Shown: piece after piece, positions 38,310 to 49,304 of the stretch
How the letters are laid out: the number at the start of each line of letters is the position of its first letter
Position numbering within the stretch: the first letter of the stretch is position 1
Assembly: GCA_963665295.1 (NCBI GenBank)
Contig: OY762209.1
Location: 4,000,001 to 4,064,000, forward strand
DNA length: 64,000 bases
Reading direction: 5' to 3'
Source of the DNA: Syntrophorhabdaceae bacterium
GTDB lineage: Bacteria > Desulfobacterota > Syntrophorhabdia > Syntrophorhabdales > Syntrophorhabdaceae
Notes under the pieces: generated by a model
Databases searched by the model: none
What the model was told of the DNA's origin: nothing
What the model saw: the letters and a program-made list of their open reading frames with translations, nothing else
Position numbers and translations under genes: made by a program

Positions 38310-38732
38310 ATGGCAAAAAAGAAAAAGGTACTTTTCCTGTGCACCCACAATTCAGCCCGCTCACAGATGGCGGAGGGCTGGCTCAATCACCTTTACGGCG
38401 ACCGGTACGACGCGTTCAGCGCCGGCATGGAACCGCGGGAGGTGCACATCTACGCCATTGAGGCCATGAAAGAAGCGGGCGTAGATATAACCTCGCACCG
38501 TTCAAAGGGCGTCGAAGAATTCGCAGATACACTTTTCGATCTCGTCGTCACGGTATGCGACAATGCGAAGGAAGCCTGTCCCTATTTTCCCGGCCCGGGA
38601 CGCCGCCTTCACCAGAGCTTTTCCGACCCGGCCGCCCTACCCGGTCCCGGACACGTTCAATTAACCGCTTTCAGAAGGGTGAGGGATGAAATACGTGAGT
38701 GGGTCGAAAGGGAGTTTCGCGATAATGACTGA
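38310..38732 (+). CDS. arsC: Thioredoxin-type arsenate reductase (LMW-PTP fold)
   Basis: LFLCTHNSARSQMAEG, SAG, VTVCD...EACP.FPG, F.DPA, FRRVRDEI; all three redox Cys are present. Confidence 0.9.
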   Translation: MAKKKKVLFLCTHNSARSQMAEGWLNHLYGDRYDAFSAGMEPREVHIYAIEAMKEAGVDITSHRSKGVEEFADTLFDLVVTVCDNAKEACPYFPGPGRRLHQSFSDPAALPGPGHVQLTAFRRVRDEIREWVEREFRDND

Positions 38733-39645
38733 TAATTGCGGCCATCCCCGGCCGGTTTACATCGACAAATCCGAAAAGAGATTCACCGCGGTTCTCGTCA
38801 TTTCGGCTCTCTTCATGGTCATACTGCTCCTCGCCGTGTTCTTCACCCTTCTCGTCTCATCCATACCCGCTATCAAGGCCTTTGGGACCGGATTCCTCTA
38901 CGGAAAAACATGGGACCCCACCACGGACACTTTCGGAGCCCTCCCTTTTCTCGCCGGCACATTGCTTACATCTTTCCTTGCCCTCGCGTTGTCAATACCT
39001 TTTTCTATAAGCATTTCCCTATTCCTCGGTGAATACCTGAGAGAGGGACCCGTGCCTGCCTTCCTGAAGAGCGCCGTTGAAGTCCTTGCGGGCATCCCTT
39101 CAGTCATTTACGGGCTGTGGGGGTTGTTCTTCCTCGTACCCATGATAAGGTCCCTGGGAACAATGTTCGGAGTCACTCTGCCCGGCGTGGGTGTCTTCAC
39201 TTCAGCCCTCATTCTTGCCATTATGGTAATCCCCTTTTCGGCGTCCATCGGGAGGGAAGTGATAACCCTCGTCCCGGCGGACCTGAAGGAAGCGGCATAC
39301 TCCCTGGGAGCAACCCGGTTTGAAGTGATAAAGACGGTCACCATCCCCTATGCCCGTTCAGGCATCATTGCCGGCATACTCCTCGCGTTAGGAAGGGCCA
39401 TCGGAGAGACGATGGCCGTAACCATGCTCATAGGCAACAGCAACTTTCTGCCCACAAGTCTCTTCGGCCCCGCTAATACCATGGCAAGCGTCATAGCCAA
39501 CGAATTTGCCGAGGCAACGGGCCTGACATTATCGTCCCTCGTGTGCGTCGGACTCGTCCTCTTCTTTGTCACCACCATCGTCAACATAGCAGGGAACTTC
39601 GTGATAAAGAAAACCAGCATAGAGGCGTCAAGGGAGGCGGGATGA
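38725..39645 (+). CDS. pstC: Phosphate ABC transporter permease
   Basis: WDP....FGALPF..GT, LAGIPSVIYGLWG, EAAYSLGATR.E, LGRAIGETMAV, IANEF.EA. Confidence 0.96.
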   Translation: MTDNCGHPRPVYIDKSEKRFTAVLVISALFMVILLLAVFFTLLVSSIPAIKAFGTGFLYGKTWDPTTDTFGALPFLAGTLLTSFLALALSIPFSISISLFLGEYLREGPVPAFLKSAVEVLAGIPSVIYGLWGLFFLVPMIRSLGTMFGVTLPGVGVFTSALILAIMVIPFSASIGREVITLVPADLKEAAYSLGATRFEVIKTVTIPYARSGIIAGILLALGRAIGETMAVTMLIGNSNFLPTSLFGPANTMASVIANEFAEATGLTLSSLVCVGLVLFFVTTIVNIAGNFVIKKTSIEASREAG

Positions 39646-40490
39646 CGGGCGGTCATATAAAGGCAAGGATTGCGAAAGACACTGTCTTCAAGGCCGCAGT
39701 GATGGTTCTCGCAGTGGTTTCCCTGTTGCCTCTGTTCCTTATCCTCTATTACATTACGCGCAACGGCATATCAGTGATAAACTGGGGATTTCTCACCACC
39801 CTGCCCCGTCCCATCGGGGAGACGGGAGGAGGCATTTACAATGCCATCATCGGCACGATATACCTGATTATCCTTTCGAGCGCGTTTTCCATACCTCTCG
39901 GCATCACCACGGGTATATACCTGTCGGAGAGAAAGGCAGGGAACCTCGCAGAATTGGTTCGCCTCTCCGTGGTAGTCCTCCAGGGGACCCCTTCCATAGT
40001 AATCGGCATTATCGCCTATACGTGGGTAGTTGCGCCTATCCACGCCTTTTCAGCCCTGTCGGGCGGCATCGCCCTCAGTATCATGATGCTGCCGGTTATC
40101 ATCAAGACCACCGAAGAGACCCTCAAACTGGTTCCCTACCACCTCAAAGAAGCATCCCTTGCCCTTGGCGTCCCCTATTACAGGACCATCCTGAAGGTAA
40201 TACTCCCTTCAGGATTGACAAGCATATTGACGGGCGTACTGTTGAGCGTTGCCCGCATCACGGGCGAGACAGCCCCCCTTCTCTTCACTGCCTTCGGCAA
40301 TCAGTTCATGAACTATAGTATATTCAAACCCATAGATTCCCTGCCCTACCGCATATTCTATTATGCCATGAGTCCCTACCCCGAGTGGCATGCCTTCGCG
40401 TGGGGAGCATCGTTCATTCTCGTCATTCTGGTCCTTGGTCTGAATCTTGTCGCAAGGGGGTTGGCGGTTAGGTGGAAAGTACAATTCTAA
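39642..40490 (+). CDS. pstA: Phosphate ABC transporter permease
   Basis: [43 protein letters not shown]. Confidence 0.96.
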   Translation: MTGGHIKARIAKDTVFKAAVMVLAVVSLLPLFLILYYITRNGISVINWGFLTTLPRPIGETGGGIYNAIIGTIYLIILSSAFSIPLGITTGIYLSERKAGNLAELVRLSVVVLQGTPSIVIGIIAYTWVVAPIHAFSALSGGIALSIMMLPVIIKTTEETLKLVPYHLKEASLALGVPYYRTILKVILPSGLTSILTGVLLSVARITGETAPLLFTAFGNQFMNYSIFKPIDSLPYRIFYYAMSPYPEWHAFAWGASFILVILVLGLNLVARGLAVRWKVQF

Positions 40491-41230
40491 GAGTGGAAGA
40501 CTTCTGCGCCTTTTTCGGCGAGAACCGGATTCTGAACGACATTAACCTCGCGACGAGGAACAATGTCGTAACCGCCTTGATGGGTCCTTCCGGATGCGGG
40601 AAGACCACGCTCATCAGGTGCGTTAACCGCATGCACGAACTGATTCCGGGGGCTCATGTGAGCGGCCGGATACACCTCAGAGGCAAGGACATCTATGCCA
40701 TGGAGCCGATCGTGCTGAGAAGACAGATAGGCATGGTCTTCCAGAAACCGAATCCCTTCCCCACCATGAGCATATACGATAACGTAATAGCCGGTTACAA
40801 ACTGAACGGCATAAAGGTGCCTAAAACCGATCTCGACAGCGTCGTCGAGCAGTCACTCAGAAGCGCGGCACTGTGGGGCGAAGTCAAAGACTCGCTCCAC
40901 AGGAAGGGGACATTCCTGTCCGGAGGCCAGCAACAGAGGCTTTGCATCGCGAGGGCATTAGCCATGAAACCCGAAATACTGCTCCTCGACGAGCCTACCT
41001 CCGCCCTTGACCCCATGTCCACGACCCATATAGAGGAATTGATCGTAGCTCTCAAGGAAAATGTCACCATGCTCCTTGTCACCCACAATATAGCCCAGGC
41101 GGCAAGAGTATCCGACTATACAGCCTTTCTCTACCTTGGAGAGCTTGTCGAATTCGGTCCCACCGACAAGATGTTCACCGTACCCAAAGACAAGCGGACT
41201 GAAGAATACCTGACAGGCAAATTCGGATAG
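40472..41230 (+). CDS. pstB: Phosphate ABC transporter ATP-binding protein
   Basis: [58 protein letters not shown]. Confidence 0.97.
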   Translation: MESTILRVEDFCAFFGENRILNDINLATRNNVVTALMGPSGCGKTTLIRCVNRMHELIPGAHVSGRIHLRGKDIYAMEPIVLRRQIGMVFQKPNPFPTMSIYDNVIAGYKLNGIKVPKTDLDSVVEQSLRSAALWGEVKDSLHRKGTFLSGGQQQRLCIARALAMKPEILLLDEPTSALDPMSTTHIEELIVALKENVTMLLVTHNIAQAARVSDYTAFLYLGELVEFGPTDKMFTVPKDKRTEEYLTGKFG

Positions 41231-41240
41231 GAGGAGACAT

Positions 41241-41897
41241 ATGCTTGACGAGCGGATCAATGACCTGAGAAAGGAGCTTATAGAATACGGCGCCTTCGTG
41301 GAGAAGATGATCGAGAAGAGTATTCGTGGGCTGCTTCAGAAAAGCAAGAGCCTTCTCTCTCAGGTAATCGACGAGGACGAACCGAGGGCTAATGAATTCG
41401 AGATACGCCTCGATGAGTTGTGCACTTCCATGATCGCCAAATTCCAGCCCAAGGCCAAGGACCTGAGGACGATCCTCATGGTACTCAAGATGAACAACGA
41501 CATGGAGCGAATGGCGGATCACGCGGTAAACATCAGCGAGAATGCCCTGTTCCTGATAACCCGGCCGAGCCTAAAACCACTGATCGACATACCCAGAATT
41601 GCGGAAAACGCAATGAGCATGGTCAGAGACAGCATCAACTCCTTCGTGATCGAGGATGCCCGTCTCGCGAGGTCGGTATGTGAGAGAGACAGCATTGTCG
41701 ACGCGCTTCTCGATCAGGTATTGAGGGAACTGATCACCCATATGGCGGCAAACCCCAAGACTATTGAACGGGCGATGCGGCTCATCGCCGTCGCCCGAAA
41801 CCTGGAGAGGATCGCAGACCTCTCCACGAACATCGGTGAGGACGTAATCTTTATGGTTCAGGGGAAAGTTATCAAACACCACCGAAACACAAACTGA
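41241..41897 (+). CDS. phoU: Phosphate signalling protein PhoU
   Basis: QPKAKDLR, DMERMADHAVNI, LERIADL.TNI.EDVIF. Confidence 0.96.
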   Translation: MLDERINDLRKELIEYGAFVEKMIEKSIRGLLQKSKSLLSQVIDEDEPRANEFEIRLDELCTSMIAKFQPKAKDLRTILMVLKMNNDMERMADHAVNISENALFLITRPSLKPLIDIPRIAENAMSMVRDSINSFVIEDARLARSVCERDSIVDALLDQVLRELITHMAANPKTIERAMRLIAVARNLERIADLSTNIGEDVIFMVQGKVIKHHRNTN

Positions 41898-42058
41898 CCG
41901 GCGGCATGCCGATGTGAAGCCGCGCCCCATATCTGCAATGAGACATGTCTCGTTGAGTCGGACACGGCACGGGAACCCCGGTCCTTATGAGCGTGCTGCA
42001 CTCGGAATGCCACGGCAGGAAACAATACGACGTGCCGTTTTCGCGGCCCATCGTACCG

Positions 42059-42619
42059 TCATAAATCAGAGTTCCATTTGTTATAGATGCTCATCGCCTT
42101 TTCTTTACCTTCAAAGATAAACACGTGCGCCGCCTCGGCCGCCCTGTCCAGGGCATCGGCCAGGGCCTCGAGTTCATCTGCTTTGAACCGGGAAAGCACG
42201 TAGTCTTCCGGCGCCATGCCGGGGTCTCTTCCGATTCCGATCTTCATTCTGTAAAAAAGAGGCGATTGAAGGGATTCAATAACGGACCGCACGCCTTTAT
42301 GGCCTGCATCCCTTCCATTCCATTTAATCTTCAGCTTACCAAACTCCATGTCCAGATCGTCCTGGACAAGAAGCATATTTTCCAATGAAACTCCTGTCTT
42401 CTTAACCAGTTGCGAAACAGGACCCCCGGAAAGGTTCATAAAGGTGTCGGGTTTTGCGAGGACCACGTCGTCAAAGGTGCCCACTTTGCATCCGCACATC
42501 TTCTTATTGACGGGGACGCGGTATTTCTCGGAAAACCTGTCGATTACCAGATGGCCGATATTATGCCGCGTGTGAGCGTATCCACTCCCCTTATTGCCGA
42601 GTCCGCATAGAAGGAACAA
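42059..42619 (-). CDS. pth: Peptidyl-tRNA hydrolase (TTG start inferred)
   Basis: GLGN.G..Y..TRHNIG, KP.TFMNLSG, DDLD, GH.GVRS, YVL..F. Confidence 0.95.
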   Translation of the reverse strand: MFLLCGLGNKGSGYAHTRHNIGHLVIDRFSEKYRVPVNKKMCGCKVGTFDDVVLAKPDTFMNLSGGPVSQLVKKTGVSLENMLLVQDDLDMEFGKLKIKWNGRDAGHKGVRSVIESLQSPLFYRMKIGIGRDPGMAPEDYVLSRFKADELEALADALDRAAEAAHVFIFEGKEKAMSIYNKWNSDL

Positions 42620-42626
42620 AAATATC

Positions 42627-43241
42627 CTATTCCTCTTTCTTCTCTGCTTCAGCCTCACCCGTTCCCGCAGCCGCAGCTTCCGTACCGCCGTGAGCCACAG
42701 TAACGATGGCTACATCGGATCCTTCGAGAACTTTCACGCCGGGCAGAGAGATATGGCCCACGTGGAAGGAGTCACCGATATCGAGATCGGATATATCGAT
42801 TTCCAATACCTCGGGAATCTGGGTAGGCAAGCACTCAACCCTCACCGACCTGAGATGCTGCTCGACAATCCCCTCTCTGGCGACGCCTTTGGCCTCTCCT
42901 GTAAGGTGTATAGGTATTTCCACCTCGATCATTCTCGTCATGGATACCTGGAGAAAGTCTATGTGGAGGACGCCGTCGGTCAGCGTCTCCCGCTGTATCT
43001 CTTTAACCATAACCGGTTTGTGCTCCGCATTTCCCGCGGTCGTCAATTCCATGTCGAGGATCGCGTTCCTCTTGACATGGCGGCCAAGTACACTCCACTC
43101 TCTTGCTGAAACCGTAATCGGCATAGGGTCTACATCCCTGCCATACAGAATAGCCGGGATCCTGCCTTCTTTCCGTAGTTTTCTCGCGACGGACTTCCCT
43201 TTATCGTTTCTTCTTTCCGCCTTTATCAGCATCTGCTCCAT
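42627..43241 (-). CDS. rplY: 50S ribosomal protein L25 / Ctc
   Basis: GK..ARKLR..GRIPAILYG, LHIDF, IP...EIDIS.L.IGDS.HV. Confidence 0.96.
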   Translation of the reverse strand: MEQMLIKAERRNDKGKSVARKLRKEGRIPAILYGRDVDPMPITVSAREWSVLGRHVKRNAILDMELTTAGNAEHKPVMVKEIQRETLTDGVLHIDFLQVSMTRMIEVEIPIHLTGEAKGVAREGIVEQHLRSVRVECLPTQIPEVLEIDISDLDIGDSFHVGHISLPGVKVLEGSDVAIVTVAHGGTEAAAAGTGEAEAEKKEE

Positions 43242-43259
43242 TGAAACCTCCTTGCCTCA

Positions 43260-44195
43260 TCATATAAATAGTGAACTTACAGATTCATCATTATGTATTC
43301 TTCTGATGGCTTCCCCCAGTATGGGTGATACATCGAGGACCTTGATCTTCTCGACTTCCCTTGCCGCTGCTGAAAGGGGAATGGTATTTGTGACCACCAG
43401 TTCTTTTATGGGTGAATTCTTTATCCTCTCCACGGCGTTTCCGGAAAGAACAGGGTGAGTGCAGCACGCGTAGACGCCATTGGCGCCGGCTTCCATGATC
43501 GCCTCAGCCGCCTGGACGATGGTTCCGCCCGTATCCATCATGTCATCGAGGATTATGGCGATCTTGTTCTTTACGTCGCCTATAACGTGCATCACTTTCG
43601 ACACGTTCGCCCTCTCCCGGCGCTTGTCTATAATCGCGATAGAAGCGTTCAGCCTCTTGCCCATTTCTCTCGCCCTCTCCACGCCGCCCGCGTCAGGCGA
43701 AACGACAACAACCTCTCCCTCTATCTTCTTCAGGTATTCGAAGACCACGGGAAGGGCAAGCAGGTGATCCACCGGTATTCCGAAAAACCCCTGGATCTGA
43801 CCCGCGTGAAGATCCATCGCCAGGATTCTCGAAGCCCCTGCTTTTGTAATCAGGTCAGCGACAAGCCGCGCCGATATCGACGTTCGGGGAACAACCTTCC
43901 TATCCTGCCTTGCGTACCCGTAATAAGGTATTACAACCGTGATCCGGTCGGCAGACGCCCTTTTCAAGGCGTCGAGCATTATCAACAGTTCCATCAGATT
44001 ATGGCTTACGGGAGGGCATGTTGGCTGGACCACGAAGGTGTCGGTGCCCCTCACGCTTTCTTCTATCTCTACCTGGATCTCTCCATCGCTGAACTTGCTC
44101 ACTTTTGCTTTCCCTAGCGGCATGCCGAGGAATCCACACATCTTTTCCGCAAGTCCCGCATTGGCATTTCCCGTAAATATTCTTAGCTTGTCCAC
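43260..44195 (-). CDS. prs: Ribose-phosphate pyrophosphokinase
   Basis: [48 protein letters not shown]. Confidence 0.98.
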   Translation of the reverse strand: MDKLRIFTGNANAGLAEKMCGFLGMPLGKAKVSKFSDGEIQVEIEESVRGTDTFVVQPTCPPVSHNLMELLIMLDALKRASADRITVVIPYYGYARQDRKVVPRTSISARLVADLITKAGASRILAMDLHAGQIQGFFGIPVDHLLALPVVFEYLKKIEGEVVVVSPDAGGVERAREMGKRLNASIAIIDKRRERANVSKVMHVIGDVKNKIAIILDDMMDTGGTIVQAAEAIMEAGANGVYACCTHPVLSGNAVERIKNSPIKELVVTNTIPLSAAAREVEKIKVLDVSPILGEAIRRIHNDESVSSLFI

Positions 44196-44218
44196 TTGGA
44201 CCCCCTACAATATGAATT

Positions 44219-44290
44219 CTGGGGCGGGAGGATTCGAACCTCCGAATGCAGGCTCCAAAGGCCTGTGTCTTACCGCTTGACGACACCCCA
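44219..44290 (-). tRNA. tRNA-Gln (TTG), CCA not encoded
   Basis: TGGGGTGTCGTCAAGCGGTAAGAC..., anticodon arm caggc-ctTTGga-gcctg, GGTTCGAATCC. Confidence 0.95.
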
Positions 44291-44302
44291 ATTGTTTGCT
44301 GC

Positions 44303-44578
44303 TTATTCTGCTCCCATTTCTTGCTTTGCAAGCTGGTCCTGGTACGCTTGAAGCACACTTGACTCTATCATTTGCCTCATTGAACTGTTGAGAGGGTGGA
44401 CAGTATCCCTGTAGGAACCATCTTTCATCTTCTTACTCGGCATTGCAACGAACAACTTGCTTTCCCCGTTAATTACCTTAAGATCCCTCACGATGAAACA
44501 ATCATCAAGCACGATAGAGGCATACGCTTTGACCTTCCTCTCACAAACAGGAAATATCTTGACTGCGGTGATATCCAT
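44303..44578 (-). CDS. spoVG: SpoVG family DNA/RNA-binding protein
   Basis: KAYASIVLDDCF.V.DLKVI.G...LFVAMPSKK..DG.YRD.VHP. Confidence 0.95.
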   Translation of the reverse strand: MDITAVKIFPVCERKVKAYASIVLDDCFIVRDLKVINGESKLFVAMPSKKMKDGSYRDTVHPLNSSMRQMIESSVLQAYQDQLAKQEMGAE

Positions 44579-45425
44579 AAGGTTCCCCCCTTACACTGTG
44601 AGCTATAAAAAAACTCCCCATACCGCTCAATGAACCTGATGCTTTCTTCGCGTCGTCCTCGTTTTCAAATATACCGAATACGGAAGAACCACTCCCACTC
44701 ATTAATGAGCCAAGGGAGCCGGCCTCCATTAATTTCTCCTTAACAGCTTTAATTGTAGGGCACATTAGTATTCCGACATTTTCAAGGTCGTTCTCCAGAA
44801 TGCGCGAAACATCGTAAGCAGTAACTAGATTTCCACTCAATTTAATATCATTTTCCCCTTTTGTCAACACGATTTTTAAACGCCTGTAGGCCTCCGCGGT
44901 CGACAAAACCGTGTCCGGATAGACTATAACATAGCTGAGGTCCGGCAGTACGACGGGTGTTATCCGCTCGCCTATGCCTTCCATCACGCAGGGATTCCCG
45001 TGGAGGAACAAGGGCACATCGGCACCCACTTTGCTGCCCAGTGCCATGAGTTCATCTTCTTTGACGTTGAGATCCCACATTCCGGTCAGGGCCCTGAGTA
45101 TAGTGGCCGCATTGCTGCTCGGTCCCCCAAGTCCGCTGCCGATGGGTATGTTCTTCTCTATAAAGACCTTCACGCCCCGCGATATACCACATTTTTCCCT
45201 CAATAACATGATCGCTCGATACACGGTATTCTTCTCGCCCTCGGGAAGCACCCCTTTGTCATCCGTTACCAGGACCCTGCCCCGGGGTTCATCGTCCACG
45301 TGCAGAATGTCATAGATCGAGATAAGGTCCACAAGACTGTATATGTTGTGGTAACCGTCATCCCTCTTTGAAAGCACTTTCAATAAGAGGTTGACCTTGG
45401 CGGGTGACAGGTAACTGCGCTCCAT
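44541..45425 (-). CDS. ispE: 4-diphosphocytidyl-2-C-methyl-D-erythritol kinase
   Basis: PAKVNL.L, DGYH, KNIPIGSGLGG.SSNAA, GADVP.F, NDLE, MSGSGSSVFG. Confidence 0.96.
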   Translation of the reverse strand: MERSYLSPAKVNLLLKVLSKRDDGYHNIYSLVDLISIYDILHVDDEPRGRVLVTDDKGVLPEGEKNTVYRAIMLLREKCGISRGVKVFIEKNIPIGSGLGGPSSNAATILRALTGMWDLNVKEDELMALGSKVGADVPLFLHGNPCVMEGIGERITPVVLPDLSYVIVYPDTVLSTAEAYRRLKIVLTKGENDIKLSGNLVTAYDVSRILENDLENVGILMCPTIKAVKEKLMEAGSLGSLMSGSGSSVFGIFENEDDAKKASGSLSGMGSFFIAHSVRGEPYGYHRSQDISCL

Positions 45426-45496
45426 TTCGTTCTCCTCCGGGCCCGGCCTCTCCGGCGAACCGGTTTCACTGCGGCCGGATATGCATATTCATTATT

Positions 45497-46987
45497 TCAC
45501 GGCTGTCCGTAAATGCCCTCGACCTGATACCGGTCGATGGAAAATTCCGGATTGGCAATGATGTTGATCTTCGTCTTGTAAGTTTTCTCAAGACTTTCGA
45601 TGGAACTCTTCTCTTCCTCATACAGAACGCTCACAACCTCGGGCGAGAGATAGACATTATAGGTCTTCCCTTCCTCTTTGCGGCAGGCGCTTTTCAGATC
45701 CCTCAAGACTTCATAGCAAACCGTGTACCGTGACTTCACGTATCCCGTGCCATCGCAGTTGGGGCAGATCTCCGAGAGGAGGGTTACGATATTGTGGCGC
45801 GTCCTTTTTCTCGTAAGCTGTACGAGGCCTATTTCGCTGATAGGATAGGCAAAAGTCTTGATTCTGTCTCTCTTGAGCGATTCCATGAGGGATTGGAATA
45901 CCATCTCCCTCGACTCCTTACGCTCCATATCTATGAAATCTACTATTATGATGCCCCCGATATTCCTCAATCTGATCTGGTATGCAATCTCCTTCACCGC
46001 CTCGAGGTTTGTCCTGACGATGGTATCCTCGAGGTCCTTCTTTCCAAGGTACCTCCCCGTGTTCACGTCGATGACGGTAAGGGCCTCCGTATAATCGAGA
46101 ACGATATAGCCTCCTGATTTGAGCCATATCTTCTTCTGCAGCAACTTCGCTATCTCTATCTCGATTCCGTAGACCTCGAAGATAGGGTCTTTTTCGTCGA
46201 AATAGGTTACCTCGCAGGCCTGGCCGGGAAGGAGTTCTTTCAAAAACTCCTCTACTCTCTCAAAAATGTAGGCGTCGTCGACGACGATCCTCCGCAGGTT
46301 ATGGGAGTGAAGGTCTCTTATAACCCTGAATATGATGCCCAGGTCCTGGTGCAGGATAGAGGGCGCCCGTACATGTTTCGCTTTTTCCTGAACACTCTCC
46401 CACACCCTCCTGAGAAAGTCCAGGTCGCTCTCCATTTCCGCTCTTGTCTTGCCTTCCGAGGCCGTCCTCGCGATAATGCCGTACCCTTTGGGGCATATCT
46501 CCTTGAGCACGGTGGCAAGCCTCTTTCTCTCATCTTCCTGCTCGATCCTTCGGGAAACACCTATGTGCTCGGTGGACGGCATAAGGACCAGCAGCCTCCC
46601 GGGAAGGGTAATCTTCGAGGTAACCCTGGTGCCCTTCTGTCCGATGGGCTCTCTCGAAACCTGGACGGTCAACTCCTGCCCCTCCTCCAGCACGCCTTCT
46701 ATCCGCTCAGGCCCTTCCATGGGAATGCCCGTACCTTCAAATTCCTCATACATCATCCTGTCAAGAATGATGTCACCCACATAGAGGAAGGCGGATTTTT
46801 CAAGACCGATATCCACGAAGGCCGCATCCATGCCGGGCACTATCCGGGCTACCTTGCCCTTGTAAATGCTTCCCACCATGCTGTTGTCATTCTTCTTCTC
46901 TATGAAAAACTCGACGAGTACGCCGTTATCGAGAAAGGCAATCCTCGTTTCACTGAATGTTACATTAATTATGAGTTCCGATGCCAT
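45497..46987 (-). CDS. rng: Ribonuclease G (Rne/Rng family)
   Basis: G.IYKGKV..IVPGM.AAFVDIG, TEALTVIDVNTG, QIRLRNIGGII.VDFIDM, CPNC.G.G. Confidence 0.95.
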   Translation of the reverse strand: MASELIINVTFSETRIAFLDNGVLVEFFIEKKNDNSMVGSIYKGKVARIVPGMDAAFVDIGLEKSAFLYVGDIILDRMMYEEFEGTGIPMEGPERIEGVLEEGQELTVQVSREPIGQKGTRVTSKITLPGRLLVLMPSTEHIGVSRRIEQEDERKRLATVLKEICPKGYGIIARTASEGKTRAEMESDLDFLRRVWESVQEKAKHVRAPSILHQDLGIIFRVIRDLHSHNLRRIVVDDAYIFERVEEFLKELLPGQACEVTYFDEKDPIFEVYGIEIEIAKLLQKKIWLKSGGYIVLDYTEALTVIDVNTGRYLGKKDLEDTIVRTNLEAVKEIAYQIRLRNIGGIIIVDFIDMERKESREMVFQSLMESLKRDRIKTFAYPISEIGLVQLTRKRTRHNIVTLLSEICPNCDGTGYVKSRYTVCYEVLRDLKSACRKEEGKTYNVYLSPEVVSVLYEEEKSSIESLEKTYKTKINIIANPEFSIDRYQVEGIYGQP

Positions 46988-49274
46988 TGATCCTCTTCGC
47001 CTCCATTTTTACAATGCGAACAAACATTCCGCTTTTCCACAATTCTTTAACGCCCTTTTTCTCTCTGGAGATATAGAAACGCCGTCCCGTCTTGCTGCCT
47101 CCAAACCTTATTTCCTCCATTTCAACAGGACCGTCTGCAATAAGGAGGTACACATATTCCTCGGTCATCCCTTTCAGCCCGCACTGACGGAATTCGCATA
47201 TCTTCATCCCCCTGGGCAAGACCTTGTTCATCTCCCTGATCATTCCCTCATTAGGGAAGATTCCCCCATCGGTTTCCACTTCGATAAGCTCACACATGCT
47301 CTCAATGCCCATGGGAAGGGCGTCGGACAGGGAAATTCTCGGCATGGGGTGATATTTATGATGCATCTTTATGGAAATGCCGGCCGCCCTGAACGCTCTC
47401 AGCAAAATGCCCATCGAGTCCAGGTGACCGATGAGGCGGGCGTCGCCATACTTCCCGTACCGAAATGTAAACTTATATGTCACGGGCGTTATGCCGTGCC
47501 CCGGCCGACTCGACGAGGATATATCCGGCCCGGAAGACAGGACCACCGGCGCATTCTCCTCACCGGTACCCCGGAGGCGCGCCGCGCCGCAACCAATGCC
47601 GCAACCCGCGCAATCTGTAAGACAATCAACAGTCCCCTGCCCCGCTTCGGCCCGTTCGGATTCCCCCTGAAGAAAGGCCTCCTTCACACCCATATCTATG
47701 AAGGACCACGGCAGAGGCTTATCGGAAGGCCTGCTTCCCAGGTAGCATCCCATATCCAGCCCTTCTTTGCGGAACCATTCCTCGTAGAGTTCGGGTTTGA
47801 AAAACTCTCTCCACGCCTCAAGTTTCGCTCCCTTGCCGACAAGATATTCGAAAAGGGGAGACAGGTGCCGGTCCCCCCTTGAAACTATCGCCTCTATGGC
47901 GCTCGCCTTAATATCCCTGTACTTTACTGTAACGTTCTTCTTCCGCAAGGCCCTCTTTACGATCCCCATCTTCTCGGCAAGCACATCTTCAGATTCCATC
48001 GAAAGCCATTGAAAGGGCGTGTGAGGTTTGGGAATAAAGGGCGAGACCGCCAGATTGATGGTGATACCTTCCTTCGCGAAGGGGGCTACAAGTTCCCGGA
48101 TGCTGAAAATATCTTCCTCCTTCTCCCACGGAAAGCCTATCATGAAATAGAGTTTCAGTTTCCTCCAACCGTGTTTCTTGAGTATGGGCAAAACCTGCAC
48201 AAGGTTATCCACGTCAATATTCTTATTGAGGCGGCATCTTATCTCGGGAGACGCTGATTCCAGGGCAAAAGTGAAACCGGTGCGCGCGATGTCGCCGATT
48301 ATCCGTATCTCATCCTCTCCAATACTGCCGATCTTCAGCGACGGAAGGGCCACGGAAATCCCTCTGTGGCGCTCCTTGATATATGAGATGGTCCGGAAAA
48401 GGCTGCTATAGTCTCCCGAACTGAGAGAAAGAAGCGAGATTTCCTCGTAACCCGTTTCTTTCACGGCCTGATCGATAATGCCTGCGATGTTTTCGAACGA
48501 CCTTTCCCGGTAAGGTCTGTAGCCGAACCCTGCGAGACAGAACCTGCACCCGTTTCCGCAACCCCTGGACACTTCCACGTTCAGTCTGTTGTGGATGCTC
48601 CCCACTATAGGGATCGGAGGTCTCACCGCGTGGTAGGCCTTATCGAGGTCCTCCACATAGAGCCTCTTCACCGCTCCCTTGGGAAACATCGGCGAATGGA
48701 CGCCTTCGATGCCCGCCAATTCCCTTATAATTTCAGATCTCTTCAACCCCTTCGTGCCCTTCAGCACATCGACGATCTTGAAAAGTACCTCGTCGCCTTC
48801 GCCGGCAACCATGATATCGAAAAACTTCTCAAAGGGCTCCGGATTAAGCATCAGGGGTCCACCCCCGATCACTACGGGTCCGCGATCCCTCTCTTCCGCC
48901 CGGAGAGGTATCCCTCCCAATGCGAGCATATTGAGCACGTTGGTAATGTTCAGTTCGTAGGAAAGGGAAAATCCCACCGCATCCATGGCATTGAGGGGTG
49001 TGTGCGATTCCAGCGTGGTGAGGGGAAAACCGTTCTGCCGAAGGTAAACCTCCATATCATGCCAGGGCGCGAAGCAACGCTCGCACCACACATCTCTCCG
49101 GCCGTTAAGTAATTCGTAGAGGAGAAAAAGCCCGTAATAGGACATTCCCACCTCGTAGATATCCGGATAACAGAGAGCAAACCTTATCTGTACGCTCCGG
49201 GGGTCTTTCTTTGTTGCGTGAGGCTCTATGCCCGCGTAGCGCGCGGGCTTCATTATCTGATACGGTATATTCAT
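46965..49274 (-). CDS. TIGR03960-type B12-binding radical SAM protein fused to a TIGR03936/DUF2344 domain
   Basis: YPDIYEVGMS, EVSRGCGNGCRFC, KLYFMIG.P.E, F.PKPHTPFQW; C-terminal KYG..R.IGHLD...HP.PRIS...ALP.GIES. Confidence 0.88.
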   Translation of the reverse strand: MNIPYQIMKPARYAGIEPHATKKDPRSVQIRFALCYPDIYEVGMSYYGLFLLYELLNGRRDVWCERCFAPWHDMEVYLRQNGFPLTTLESHTPLNAMDAVGFSLSYELNITNVLNMLALGGIPLRAEERDRGPVVIGGGPLMLNPEPFEKFFDIMVAGEGDEVLFKIVDVLKGTKGLKRSEIIRELAGIEGVHSPMFPKGAVKRLYVEDLDKAYHAVRPPIPIVGSIHNRLNVEVSRGCGNGCRFCLAGFGYRPYRERSFENIAGIIDQAVKETGYEEISLLSLSSGDYSSLFRTISYIKERHRGISVALPSLKIGSIGEDEIRIIGDIARTGFTFALESASPEIRCRLNKNIDVDNLVQVLPILKKHGWRKLKLYFMIGFPWEKEEDIFSIRELVAPFAKEGITINLAVSPFIPKPHTPFQWLSMESEDVLAEKMGIVKRALRKKNVTVKYRDIKASAIEAIVSRGDRHLSPLFEYLVGKGAKLEAWREFFKPELYEEWFRKEGLDMGCYLGSRPSDKPLPWSFIDMGVKEAFLQGESERAEAGQGTVDCLTDCAGCGIGCGAARLRGTGEENAPVVLSSGPDISSSSRPGHGITPVTYKFTFRYGKYGDARLIGHLDSMGILLRAFRAAGISIKMHHKYHPMPRISLSDALPMGIESMCELIEVETDGGIFPNEGMIREMNKVLPRGMKICEFRQCGLKGMTEEYVYLLIADGPVEMEEIRFGGSKTGRRFYISREKKGVKELWKSGMFVRIVKMEAKRINGIGTHN

Positions 49275-49304
49275 TCCTGTTCCTTGAGTTTATGACCCCG
49301 GTTC

